Source: an uncultured Alphaproteobacteria bacterium (GTDB lineage Bacteria; Pseudomonadota; Alphaproteobacteria; CAAHEQ01; UBA3637). Taken from it: a stretch of DNA of 64,000 nt. The stretch is from the NCBI GenBank assembly GCA_944392555.1, contig CALXWZ010000001.1:65810-129809 (forward strand), given 5' to 3'. Positions within the stretch are counted from its first letter, which is position 1. Each line of letters starts with the position of its first letter. This document shows, piece by piece, positions 48,907-58,280 of the stretch. The notes under the pieces were generated by a model. That model had not been told where the DNA came from, did not search any database, and saw only the letters and a list, made by a program, of their open reading frames with translations. Made by a program: the position numbers and the translations under genes.

Positions 48907-50628
48907 TTAAAAAGGTAAAAAATTTAACTCTAGTTGTTCTGTTTCTGTAGATAACGAATTAGTGAAAATAAATTTTTTTATTTCTTCATAACTATTTTGT
49001 TGTCTATGGTAGAGGTTTCTATTTTTATTTTTTATATCAATAAATTCATTAATTTTATAAACGATCTCATCTACAGCTCGTGAAATTTTATTTTTTTCAA
49101 ATAAAAAATTTCCAATAGATATATTATTTTTTTTAAAAACTAATTCTAAAATCAAACGATTCCAATGTATTATAAATTTATTACGCTCATCTTTTAGTAT
49201 ATTTTCTATTTCTTTATCCACTAACAACTTTATTTCACAAAGAGCTAAAAATAATGGAAGATTTTTTAAAGATAATAACTCAAGGTATAATTTATCATTA
49301 CTCCATAATTCACCTTTGTTATTTTTAACGATTCTCGAATACCCATAAAAGCAACCTAAAGCAATCATTAAGTCTTCAAAAGAAATATTACTTATATTTT
49401 CAGAATATTCTCCAGTTCTATATGTATAGTAAAAATTATTTTTAATAAAAAACTTTTTAATTTCATCATGTATCGGATCTAGGGTTCTTAAATCCATTGC
49501 TGATACCGAATTTTGAGAGTTATTAAATCTGGTTATTTTAAATGATAAACCATTCTCAATAGGTTGCAATGAAGTTTCAATTATTCTTATTTGAACTAAA
49601 GCATCATCAGTAATATTTTCAACAGATGCACAAGACAATACTGTTTGAGCACCATTTACAATACTTAAATTTTCAACTTTTAAGGTTTTTAAATTATTTG
49701 ACGATGCACTACTTGCTAAAACTTTTATGTTATCACAAACAAATGTAATGCCGTTATTGTAATAAATAAATTTATCAGCTTCTTCAATCAATGTCTCTTT
49801 AATTTTTTTATTAATAGCTGAATTGTCAACTAAAAATCTAATATTTTTTGAAAATAGATTGTTTTGATATTTTTGATACAATTGTTTTAAGTATGATATT
49901 TTGATACATCCAACGTACATTTTTATTGGAGTGTCTCTATAAAAATATCTATCTAATGTGAAAATTTCTGTAACATTTCTGGGTTGTATCTCATATTCGA
50001 AAATTTTTTCATTATTGATTATTATATACTTTTCAATAAATTCACCATATTCCGAATTATTTAAAATTTCTTCTGTTAAAAAAGAGGTAATTTCATTAGG
50101 TATTTGTTGTCCAAAAAATACAATTACAGGTACAATTTTAAGTTCGTCATCTAATAATATTTTTTGTAAATCGTATTTTTTATTTTGTATGTGCTGATTT
50201 AAAGTATCTAAAGAATCATCTAAAGATAATATGGCATGAATACCCATTTTTATATCTTTGATATTATCTCTTGAAATTGAATTAGAAAATTTTGTTTGAA
50301 ACAAATAAAGATTATGATTAAAATAATATATAGCATCAATTCCCATATCATTTGTATCATCTGTTATGTGTAATGCAGCCTCATTTTCGGGAATATGAAA
50401 TTCTTTCATTAAAATATAGGCAGTTAGTGCTCTTGAAAGGAAATTACCATACTCTTGCTTTTTGAAATTTTCTAAAAAATAACCATTAAATATACTATTT
50501 AATTTTTGAGCCAAATTCTTTTTTTGACTTTTAAATTTAATATTAGAAAGAGATTTTACTTCTGTTTCTATAAGTTGTGCGATGCTTTCCAAACCTTTAT
50601 ATTGCACTAAATCAGATAAAGTTTTCAC
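48907..50628 (-). CDS. Hypothetical protein co-transcribed with the RM system (possible AIPR-like abortive-infection protein)
   Basis: 573 aa, about 30% GC. Start overlaps the restriction endonuclease stop. The AIPR assignment rests on context and size only. Confidence 0.4.
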   Translation of the reverse strand: MKTLSDLVQYKGLESIAQLIETEVKSLSNIKFKSQKKNLAQKLNSIFNGYFLENFKKQEYGNFLSRALTAYILMKEFHIPENEAALHITDDTNDMGIDAIYYFNHNLYLFQTKFSNSISRDNIKDIKMGIHAILSLDDSLDTLNQHIQNKKYDLQKILLDDELKIVPVIVFFGQQIPNEITSFLTEEILNNSEYGEFIEKYIIINNEKIFEYEIQPRNVTEIFTLDRYFYRDTPIKMYVGCIKISYLKQLYQKYQNNLFSKNIRFLVDNSAINKKIKETLIEEADKFIYYNNGITFVCDNIKVLASSASSNNLKTLKVENLSIVNGAQTVLSCASVENITDDALVQIRIIETSLQPIENGLSFKITRFNNSQNSVSAMDLRTLDPIHDEIKKFFIKNNFYYTYRTGEYSENISNISFEDLMIALGCFYGYSRIVKNNKGELWSNDKLYLELLSLKNLPLFLALCEIKLLVDKEIENILKDERNKFIIHWNRLILELVFKKNNISIGNFLFEKNKISRAVDEIVYKINEFIDIKNKNRNLYHRQQNSYEEIKKFIFTNSLSTETEQLELNFLPF

Positions 50629-51521
50629 TTCAACAGCTCCTCTAAAACACCCTTTTGAATCATATCAAGATTAATGATATAATCTATTGTATTAAACGTA
50701 TCTCGTAATGGGCGCTGTGTTTTCTTCCATCCATAACCATCTGTTACCCAAATAAACTGATGTCCATCATTAGTCCATTGATGATAAATATCTGCATATT
50801 CTCCAGCAGTCGATTTTAATTTGGAACCACCACCACCATAAAAGTTCGTTTCAATTAAATATAGCTTATTAGGGGTATTAATTGCAAAATCTATTCTCTT
50901 TGAAGATTTTGTTACTGTAATATTTTTCCCCCACTTTGACTTGATTTTATCAGCAGTTGCTTGAGCAATATATTCATATCCGTTTCGTTCACAGATATCT
51001 TTTACAAAAAATTCAACTAAATTTTCCATAGATGTTCCGCTGCGATTTTTACGTCCATTAGAATCTAATCCAACTTCAACACCAATAAAATAATCAGGGA
51101 TAGATTTAATGTTGCGATTTGATAGTAATTCTAAAAATCCACTTTCTTGCAAGAATAAAACACCATCTTCTGCTGACATAGATTTTGTAAAATCAAAGCG
51201 CTTAATATCAAAATTTTGAGGATTTGTCAATAGTGCGATTTTTTTATCTCTCTCCGCTAAAAGAGCCGGAACTATGCCAATAACTTTAGGATATTCCTGT
51301 AACAATTTTAACGCAGCTTGTTCAACATCTTCTTTGCCTATCAAAGTATTTAATAAATTTAATGAGGTTTCAACATCCTGATAATTTTTAATTACTTTTT
51401 TCCAATTTACAAAATAATCGAATGATTTAATAGTTTCTTTCAGAGAAGATATAAGATAAGCAAAAACCTCATCTTCTTTATTACAACTTAAAATCTTTTT
51501 ATATGCTGGATGTTGTTTCAT
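50625..51521 (-). CDS. Type II restriction endonuclease, DpnII/MboI-like (GATC)
   Basis: 298 aa. Sits downstream of the Dam-like and DpnA-like methyltransferases, in the dpnM-dpnA-dpnB order of the S. pneumoniae DpnII cassette. Confidence 0.55.
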   Translation of the reverse strand: MKQHPAYKKILSCNKEDEVFAYLISSLKETIKSFDYFVNWKKVIKNYQDVETSLNLLNTLIGKEDVEQAALKLLQEYPKVIGIVPALLAERDKKIALLTNPQNFDIKRFDFTKSMSAEDGVLFLQESGFLELLSNRNIKSIPDYFIGVEVGLDSNGRKNRSGTSMENLVEFFVKDICERNGYEYIAQATADKIKSKWGKNITVTKSSKRIDFAINTPNKLYLIETNFYGGGGSKLKSTAGEYADIYHQWTNDGHQFIWVTDGYGWKKTQRPLRDTFNTIDYIINLDMIQKGVLEELLK

Positions 51522-52294
51522 TTATTGCCTCCTTTTATAGCAGAAAGTCTTTTTTCTGCAAGCTCTACAAACTTTTTTTCTTTTTCAATACCAACAAATT
51601 TTCTGTTATGTTTTAATGCCGCAACTCCAGTTGTTGCACTACCCATAAAGGGATCTAAAATTAAATCTCCTTCATTTGTTGATGCTAAAATAATTCTTTC
51701 TAATAAATCCAACGGTTTTTGGGTTGGATGTTTACCAAAAGTCTTTTCGCTTTTCTTTGGCGTTCCAATAGCCCAAACACTTCTCATCTGCGTATTAGGC
51801 TTTTTAATAAAGTCAGACGAAAAATCTCCGTTTTTCATGAGCTCATAATTAAAGGTATGCTTTGTTTTTTTATCTTTTCTTGCCCAAATCAATGTTTCAT
51901 GACTGGCAGTAAAATACCTGCAACACATATTAGGACTAGCATTTGGTTTAAACCAAGAAATATCGTTTAATATGTGATACCCCAATAATTGCATCGCAAA
52001 ACCACAAGAATAAATACTGTGATAAGTACCGGAAACCCAAAGTGTTCCGTTTTTCTTTAAAACTCTTTTACAAGCAGATAGCCATCTTTTATGAAATTCG
52101 AAATCCTGTTCAAATCCTTGACTTTCATCCCATTTGCCTTTGTTGACGGAAACGACTTTTCCGTTTTGACAGGTAATACCTCCGTTTGATAACATATATG
52201 GCGGATCTGCAAAAATCATATCAAATGTATTTTCTGGGATTTCTTCCAGAATTTTTAAACAATCATCATGATATAATCGATAGTTTTTCATCAT
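51518..52294 (-). CDS. N6-adenine / N4-cytosine DNA methyltransferase (beta class, DpnA-like)
   Basis: DPPY motif early (FADPPYM). C-terminal FxGxG (DPFMGSATTG). Confidence 0.75.
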   Translation of the reverse strand: MMKNYRLYHDDCLKILEEIPENTFDMIFADPPYMLSNGGITCQNGKVVSVNKGKWDESQGFEQDFEFHKRWLSACKRVLKKNGTLWVSGTYHSIYSCGFAMQLLGYHILNDISWFKPNASPNMCCRYFTASHETLIWARKDKKTKHTFNYELMKNGDFSSDFIKKPNTQMRSVWAIGTPKKSEKTFGKHPTQKPLDLLERIILASTNEGDLILDPFMGSATTGVAALKHNRKFVGIEKEKKFVELAEKRLSAIKGGNK

Positions 52295-53226
52295 ACGCCG
52301 TAATTTGTAATGAGTATTTCTCTGATTTCACCACGTCCATCCGAATTCGCATTAATCAAACGTTTTGCCAAAATACGATAAATGTTGTAATCATGATATA
52401 AATCATCAAAAAATGGATCAGGTCCAACATTTGTTGGATCTGAATTGCTTAACATTTGCAGGGCACCCAATTTATGTGCTTGCTCAAAAACATTTTTCAA
52501 TCGGATTTGTTCATTATCATCAAAAGTTTCTACGGCATAAGTTGTAAAAGAAGAATCCTTTAACGGACGATATGGAGGATCGTAATAGATAAATGTATTG
52601 TTATCTGCAAAATCCAATGCTTTAGCAAAATCTGCCTGTAAAATTATTGCTTTACTTAATGCTTTTGAAACAGCTATTAAATTTTCTCTATCCAGAATGC
52701 GAGGATTCTTATAACTTCCCATCGGGACATTAAATAGGCCTTTGCTGTTAACCCTGAACAATCCATTAAAACAAGTTCTGTTTAAGAAAACAGTTAATGC
52801 AGCACGTCTGATAAACGATAAAGAATAATGGTTAGCATCTATTTTTTTATCAAACGAATTATATTCCTCACGCATTTGATAGTAAAATTCTTTCCTATCA
52901 GTTGATGAAAAATAAGATATTTGTAAGCGTTCTAGTTCATCAATCAATTCCAACACATTATTTTTGATAACGTTATAAAGAATGACTAATTCCGGATTAA
53001 TATCAAACAAATAAGCTTCTTCAAAATAGTATGAATTAGATATATCAAAAAAAACAGCCCCACCGCCAACAAATGGCTCAATATATTTTTTGATTGCACC
53101 ACAACGAAGTTTATTCGGTAGTTTTGGAGATAGTTGAGGCAATAACATACCCTTACCACCTGCCCATTTTAAAACAGGAGATGCAAAGTTTATTTCATTA
53201 TTCTTTTGTAATGCTAATTCTACCAT
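52291..53226 (-). CDS. Dam-family N6-adenine DNA methyltransferase (DpnM-like)
   Basis: KWAGGK ... EPFVGGGAVFF ... DPPY. Confidence 0.8.
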   Translation of the reverse strand: MVELALQKNNEINFASPVLKWAGGKGMLLPQLSPKLPNKLRCGAIKKYIEPFVGGGAVFFDISNSYYFEEAYLFDINPELVILYNVIKNNVLELIDELERLQISYFSSTDRKEFYYQMREEYNSFDKKIDANHYSLSFIRRAALTVFLNRTCFNGLFRVNSKGLFNVPMGSYKNPRILDRENLIAVSKALSKAIILQADFAKALDFADNNTFIYYDPPYRPLKDSSFTTYAVETFDDNEQIRLKNVFEQAHKLGALQMLSNSDPTNVGPDPFFDDLYHDYNIYRILAKRLINANSDGRGEIREILITNYGV

Positions 53227-53542
53227 ATTATACCTTGTTCGACTATTTTAACGATAAAGAAAAGAAATAGCAACTTTTTTTGATAAATATTCAAACTTTT
53301 TTATGTTTATATAACTTTTTTTTCAGACCATGTGTGCAAGTTGTTAAAAATGTAAAGCTCTTGTAAAATAAGGCTTTAAGAGGTGTACGAAAATTGTAGT
53401 ATCGGCTTCTGGTTTCTAAACTAACCCCTGTTTGATAGGATTTGGAAAGATGCACACGTGCTTAAATAAATAGAGATAATTTTAATAAAAATAACTGGAC
53501 TTTTTTTATTTTATAGACATAGCTATAAATATGGAGGTCATC

Positions 53543-53689
53543 ATGACATTGATAGAAGAACTTGTTAAGACAATTTTACCAGATTTTTTAAAGTATTTGG
53601 ATATGCTTGAAGAAGAAAAAAATGTTCCAGAAAAGGAAATTAAGTTAAAAGATGGAAAAGCACTAATAATTTACCCCAAAAAAGAATAA
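53543..53689 (+). CDS. Small hypothetical ORF (48 aa)
   Basis: GGAGG ribosome-binding site 6 nt upstream. MTLIEELVKTILPDFLKYLDMLEEEKN.. Confidence 0.3.
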   Translation: MTLIEELVKTILPDFLKYLDMLEEEKNVPEKEIKLKDGKALIIYPKKE

Positions 53690-53723
53690 GATAGTATGTG
53701 AGCTTACATACTATCTTATGTAT

Positions 53724-53923
53724 TGGTCGGAATGGCGGGATTTATGCGTGTGATACCACACTTACCCGCTCGCGTTGCTCGGGGCCGCCTTCGGCGTTAG
53801 TTTGTTGCTTTTTCGGCGTTCTTCGCCCGCCGGCGACTGCACTCGAACCCGCTTCCCCGCGCGTTCAATCCCCGCCCGATTATTTATAAAAAAAGCCACC
53901 TAAACGGTGGCTCTTTCTCTAAA
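53724..53923. repeat. 200-bp repeat copy B
   Basis: Directly tandem with copy C. Confidence 0.85.
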
Positions 53924-54123
53924 TGGTCGGAATGGCGGGATTTATGCGTGTGATACCACACTTACCCGCTCGCGTTGCTCGGGGTCGCCTTCGGCGTTAG
54001 TTTGTCGCTTGTTCGGCGTTCTTCGCCCGCCGGCGACTGCACTCGAACCCGCTTCCCCGCGCGTTCAATCCCCGCCCGATTATTTATAAAAAAAGCCACC
54101 TAAACGGTGGCTCTTTCTCTAAA
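53924..54123. repeat. 200-bp repeat copy C, abutting the tRNA-Pro 3' end
   Basis: Ends exactly where tRNA-Pro begins (54124). Same leading 20 nt as the tRNA. Confidence 0.85.
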
Positions 54124-54200
54124 TGGTCGGAATGGCGGGATTTGAACCCGCGGCCACACGCCCCCCAGACGTGTGCGCTACCAGGCTGCGCTACATTCCG
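54124..54200 (-). tRNA. tRNA-Pro (anticodon GGG)
   Basis: The reverse complement folds as CGGAATG-TA-GCGC..GCGC-A-CACGT-CUGGGGG-GCGUG..GCGGG-TTCAAAT-CCCGC-CATTCCG-ACCA. Confidence 0.85.
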
Positions 54201-54445
54201 TTTCGCTTCTACCCACCTTTCTACCCGATTTTTTTTGATTTTGCAAGAATTATTTTCTTTTTCGCTTACCTTTTTTTTGCGCCCTTTGCCCTTTCTTGCT
54301 TATTTACTACTGTTTTACCTTTGACTTTACTTCGCTCGTTCGCTGATATATCTGCCAAAATATAACCTTTTTCCTTTTTCTTTTTCTTTTATTTACTTTC
54401 TAGTTCGTGCCCTTTCATTATTTCGTTGACTTTTAGGGTTTTTAA

Positions 54446-55513
54446 GTGCATATTCCTTTATATGTTAATTATTGGAGTGCTTTTATGAAATCTGTTACTT
54501 GCGAAAATAAAATTTATGTTTTGGTGCCTGCTTATAATGTCGCCTCTGTTTTGAATGAAACGCTTGATTCGCTTTTGGCGCAAACTTACACCGATTGGGA
54601 ATGTTTTTGCATGGATGACGGATCATCTGACGGAACGTATGAAATTTTAAAACGTTATGCTCAAAAGGATTCAAGATTTCACGTGTTTCATCAAACCAAT
54701 CAGGGGGTTACGAAAACATCAAATGCGTTGCTTGATAAAATTGACGGGAAAAATAAATATATTTTCTTCTTGGATAGCGATGATTGTATTCATCCTCAAA
54801 CTTTTGAGATCCTTGTTCATCTTCAAAAGGAAACAAATGCCGATATAATGGAAATTAATAATGTTCGTTTCTTTGAAACCAAACCGGCTTCGTATTTTCA
54901 AAAAATTAATCCTAAAACAGATATTCATACGATTGTGTTGACTGATATGTCGGCTTTCTTGCTGAAACGAACGCGTAAAAAATTCGGTGCCTGGATTAAT
55001 AAATCAAAGCTCTATGTTTGGGATAAAATCAAAAACGTGCGTTTTAATGAAAATTTAACGTATGAAGATGATTACTTTTATAATTCAATCATCCACACTT
55101 TGATTTCTAAAAAAGTGATTGTTTGCGAGCCTCTTTATTATTGGCGTGTAAATAAGCATTCCATGACACAATGTGTTAATTGGACTAAATACCAAAAGGC
55201 CGGGATTGAACGCATTTATGCTTCGTATGATTGCTTTATAAAAGAAAAAAGAGTCCCCGATGCTCTGAAAGATGAATTTATCGGCGATTTAACAAAAGAT
55301 GCTTTTCGGATGATAGGCGTGAAACCGGTTAAAAAATGCCGTGATTCGAAAATGCGTCGTGAATTTTTTAAAACCGCTTCACGCACATTTACCGATATGT
55401 TGCAAAAAGGAATTATCCGCAAAAATGCATTGGACTTCGGCTCGCGCCTCATTTTGAGCGCATTTATATCGGGACATTATTGGATTGCGCGTTTTTTGCT
55501 ACTTTTCAAATGA
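54446..55513 (+). CDS. Family 2 glycosyltransferase
   Basis: LVPAYNVASVLNETLDSLLAQTY ... DDGSSDGT and a DSDD motif. Confidence 0.75.
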   Translation: MHIPLYVNYWSAFMKSVTCENKIYVLVPAYNVASVLNETLDSLLAQTYTDWECFCMDDGSSDGTYEILKRYAQKDSRFHVFHQTNQGVTKTSNALLDKIDGKNKYIFFLDSDDCIHPQTFEILVHLQKETNADIMEINNVRFFETKPASYFQKINPKTDIHTIVLTDMSAFLLKRTRKKFGAWINKSKLYVWDKIKNVRFNENLTYEDDYFYNSIIHTLISKKVIVCEPLYYWRVNKHSMTQCVNWTKYQKAGIERIYASYDCFIKEKRVPDALKDEFIGDLTKDAFRMIGVKPVKKCRDSKMRREFFKTASRTFTDMLQKGIIRKNALDFGSRLILSAFISGHYWIARFLLLFK

Positions 55514-56533
55514 TGATTTCTCGGGGAAAAGTGTTTCAAGTATCGTTTGTGTAACGGAAAGGCTTGTATCGCTTTTTCCCTCATAGTCGTTTAAACAAAA
55601 TAGACAAGGACGCGTAGTAAAGAGTGTTTCATAGTCATTTGCTATTAATGCAAACGCCGTATCGCACGAATCCGGCAGGGTAGGTGCTGTTTCATTTGCA
55701 TACAGCTCATTCCTGTTTAGCATTCTGTCACGTAAAGAGACAATAATCCTGTTGATATTACTTTCCCGCCGAAATTTGGAATAGGTTGTTTCCCTGAATT
55801 CTTCTGGAAATTCGTTGATTGTATCTAAATAATAAGATTTGCGGTAAGCATCTATATTGTGCGATGGGGTGACGGCAAAATTCAATGAGTATTTTTCGGC
55901 AATCAATTCGTGTGCCTTTTGAATTTGCGCTAACCATAAATTGGAGTTATACGTGCGTTTTTTGTATTTAACATAAACGCGCGGATTTCCTTTATCATTA
56001 AAGAAAAAATCTTTATTTAAAGGAACACGAACATAACAATCATCATTGGATAGCAAAAAGTGTTCGGATAATTCGGGAATATAAGGAACTTGCGCCTCTA
56101 TTGCGTTGGAATTAAAGACGGGTAGGGCGTCTTTGGGAAAAATTTCGGTGTGGTCAATAATGGATACTTTGGGGTTATCCGTGTTAAGCCATTCCGGAAC
56201 TTGATTATCCGTAATAATGTAAATGTGATTTATCCAGGGAAGATTCTGTTCGACGGAGCGCAAAGAGTATTTTAATTCATCAAACTCGCGAAAGCGCGCC
56301 TCATCAACGGCATTTTCGGAAAGATTTGCTTCTTTTGCCTGGGCGGTTATTTTCTTTTTGAGCCAGGAAATATCGTCTCCGTCAACCCAAAGATAGACTA
56401 AGTCAACCGGATAATTGCTTTTTTTATGATAGAAATACAGCCCCGCACTACTCGCCATAATGAATAAGGCAACAAGGATAAATAAAATAATTTTTCTTTG
56501 ATTCATTTGAAAATTTTTTATGGTCCTTTCCAT
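55499..56533 (-). CDS. Stealth-family (capsule hexose-phosphate transferase-like) protein
   Basis: N-terminal TM segment, then DLVYLWVDGDDISW resembles Stealth CR1. 344 aa. Confidence 0.5.
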   Translation of the reverse strand: MERTIKNFQMNQRKIILFILVALFIMASSAGLYFYHKKSNYPVDLVYLWVDGDDISWLKKKITAQAKEANLSENAVDEARFREFDELKYSLRSVEQNLPWINHIYIITDNQVPEWLNTDNPKVSIIDHTEIFPKDALPVFNSNAIEAQVPYIPELSEHFLLSNDDCYVRVPLNKDFFFNDKGNPRVYVKYKKRTYNSNLWLAQIQKAHELIAEKYSLNFAVTPSHNIDAYRKSYYLDTINEFPEEFRETTYSKFRRESNINRIIVSLRDRMLNRNELYANETAPTLPDSCDTAFALIANDYETLFTTRPCLFCLNDYEGKSDTSLSVTQTILETLFPEKSSFEK

Positions 56534-56650
56534 AAACTCCCTTGATGGAGGCTAGCAGTCAAACGGGCTTCTGTCAATAAAAAAAAGAAAAATGAAAAAT
56601 TTTTATTGACATCGCTGATTTCTTCTTGTATAAACAATTCCATTGAACTT

Positions 56651-56725
56651 GGGTGTGTAGCTCAGCGGGAGAGCATTACCTTCACACGGTAGGGGTCACA
56701 GGTTCAATCCCTGTCACACCCACCA
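56651..56725 (+). tRNA. tRNA-Val (anticodon CAC)
   Basis: GGGTGTG-TA-GCTC..GAGC-A-TTACC-TTCACAC-GGTAG-GGGTC-ACAGG-TTCAATC-CCTGT-CACACCC-ACCA. Confidence 0.85.
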
Positions 56726-56749
56726 TTTTCAGAATGTTGTTTAAAATAT

Positions 56750-56774
56750 CCGCCCTTTTGAGGGTGGTTTTTTT
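56750..56774 (+). terminator. Terminator after tRNA-Val
   Basis: CCGCCCT-TTTG-AGGGTGG followed by T7. Confidence 0.65.
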
Positions 56775-56910
56775 GTGCTTAAATGAAGCTCACCTTTCTG
56801 ATACACCGATTCGCTTTAAAATCCTTTCTCATTATGATACATTTTGCCCCGATACGGAATGAAATATTCGAATCCAATATAACATAATCTTCTAAATGGA
56901 AAAAACATGA

Positions 56911-56933
56911 AAAAAACGCCCCGAAAGGCGTTT
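56911..56933 (-). terminator. Terminator after tRNA-Arg
   Basis: AAACGCC-CCGAAA-GGCGTTT, with T7 on the minus strand. Confidence 0.65.
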
Positions 56934-56937
56934 AATA

Positions 56938-57014
56938 TGGCGATCCCGGCAAGATTCGAACTTGCGACCCACAGCTTAGAAGGCTGTTGCTCTATCCAGC
57001 TGAGCTACGGGACC
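56938..57014 (-). tRNA. tRNA-Arg (anticodon TCT)
   Basis: The reverse complement folds as GGTCCCG-TA-GCTC..GAGC-A-ACAGC-CTTCTAA-GCTGT..GCAAG-TTCGAAT-CTTGC-CGGGATC-GCCA. Confidence 0.85.
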
Positions 57015-57059
57015 ATGTTTTCCTCTATACGCTTTTTTCATGAGAATGTCAAGTTGTTT

Positions 57060-57779
57060 TTATTTGATACATGCGCCGAACCTTAAAATTTTTTCTGCCG
57101 TATCCGTGCGTAAATTTTGCGAATCGTGCATAATCAATCCTTCTTGCAGAATAAACGGATTTTTTGCGCCCAAAATGCCCCGCACAATAACGCGTTTAGC
57201 CGGTTGTGTCTGTTTGGAATAAATCGGAATAACCTCTATGGCGCCGAGTGGTGATTTTTGCAAAATATTCAAAATTTCCGGTAAGGCTTCCGTTCGGTGT
57301 ATCAAAGTAAATGTGCCTTTTGCTCGGACGTGTTTTAAACAAAAGCGAATCCAGTGCGATAAATCGGTTGTTTGGTGATAGGCCGTTGCCGTTTGCGGAT
57401 GGGCGCGAATAAAATCTTCCGTGTAATAGGGGGGATTTGTCACAACATGGTGATATTGGATACCGTGAATGCGCGTTCTTGGTTGAAAGATATCTTCGCA
57501 TATAATATGCGCATCGGCATGGTTTAAAAGGGCGTTTTTTCTGGCATAGTCGGCCAATATGGATTGTTTTTCAATGCCGACAAGCGTTAAATTTTGAACA
57601 CGTGCATTCAGACAATACAAAATAACCCCGTTCCCACAGCCGACATCCAGCACGCTTTCTCCCGCTTGTGCCCGCACGGCAGCGGCTGCCAAAACGGAAT
57701 CCGACGTAGCTCGATAGCCGGTTGCTTCTTGAATTAAACGAATTTTTCCGCCCAAAAAATTATCTGTTGTTATTTCCAT
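57060..57779 (-). CDS. Class I SAM-dependent methyltransferase (TrmN6/YfiC-like tRNA m6A methyltransferase)
   Basis: LDVGCGNGV ... VVTNPPYY. Confidence 0.65.
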   Translation of the reverse strand: MEITTDNFLGGKIRLIQEATGYRATSDSVLAAAAVRAQAGESVLDVGCGNGVILYCLNARVQNLTLVGIEKQSILADYARKNALLNHADAHIICEDIFQPRTRIHGIQYHHVVTNPPYYTEDFIRAHPQTATAYHQTTDLSHWIRFCLKHVRAKGTFTLIHRTEALPEILNILQKSPLGAIEVIPIYSKQTQPAKRVIVRGILGAKNPFILQEGLIMHDSQNLRTDTAEKILRFGACIK

Positions 57780-57893
57780 ATTTTATATTATGGCATAGTT
57801 TTTTTAAAAAAACAATTATTTTGTTTAATAAAAGTTGACAAAGAGGATTTTTTCTGATACACTGATTTCAATGAAATGCGAAAGGAGTTTTAG

Positions 57894-58277
57894 ATGAATA
57901 AAAATATTGCATTATTGATGGGTGTGGCCGGGTTAACGGGATGTGTCGGGCAAGGTTCAACAACACAAAAACAAGAGATTTTTCCGCAAAAAGGGATCGT
58001 AACCGATGCTGAGTCTTTTCGGACATGCGATAATCCCGAACGGGTATATTATTTTGAGATTGATACCGATGCAACACGCAAAGGCCCGGAATATGCAGCG
58101 GTTGTGCATTATGCGTGTGGGAAAGAAAACGTGGCGATCGCTCAAAAAGAATTTCCGAAAGGGGCGGTGGTTGATTTAAAGAAATCGGCACCGATTATTT
58201 CTCGGTTAGTCAAATTGGGTGAACGGGAAGATAAACTTTCCGTTGTGTTTCAAAAAGCGTGTATGGAAAGAGAATAA
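57894..58277 (+). CDS. Lipoprotein
   Basis: Lipobox LTGC. Confidence 0.6.
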   Translation: MNKNIALLMGVAGLTGCVGQGSTTQKQEIFPQKGIVTDAESFRTCDNPERVYYFEIDTDATRKGPEYAAVVHYACGKENVAIAQKEFPKGAVVDLKKSAPIISRLVKLGEREDKLSVVFQKACMERE

Positions 58278-58280
58278 TAA

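Noticed and set aside
54123-54365. Track ORFs 54123-54365 and 54142-54324 (+)
   Set aside because: They overlap the antisense strand of tRNA-Pro and a polypyrimidine tract. The low-complexity F/L/P-rich translation is an artefact.
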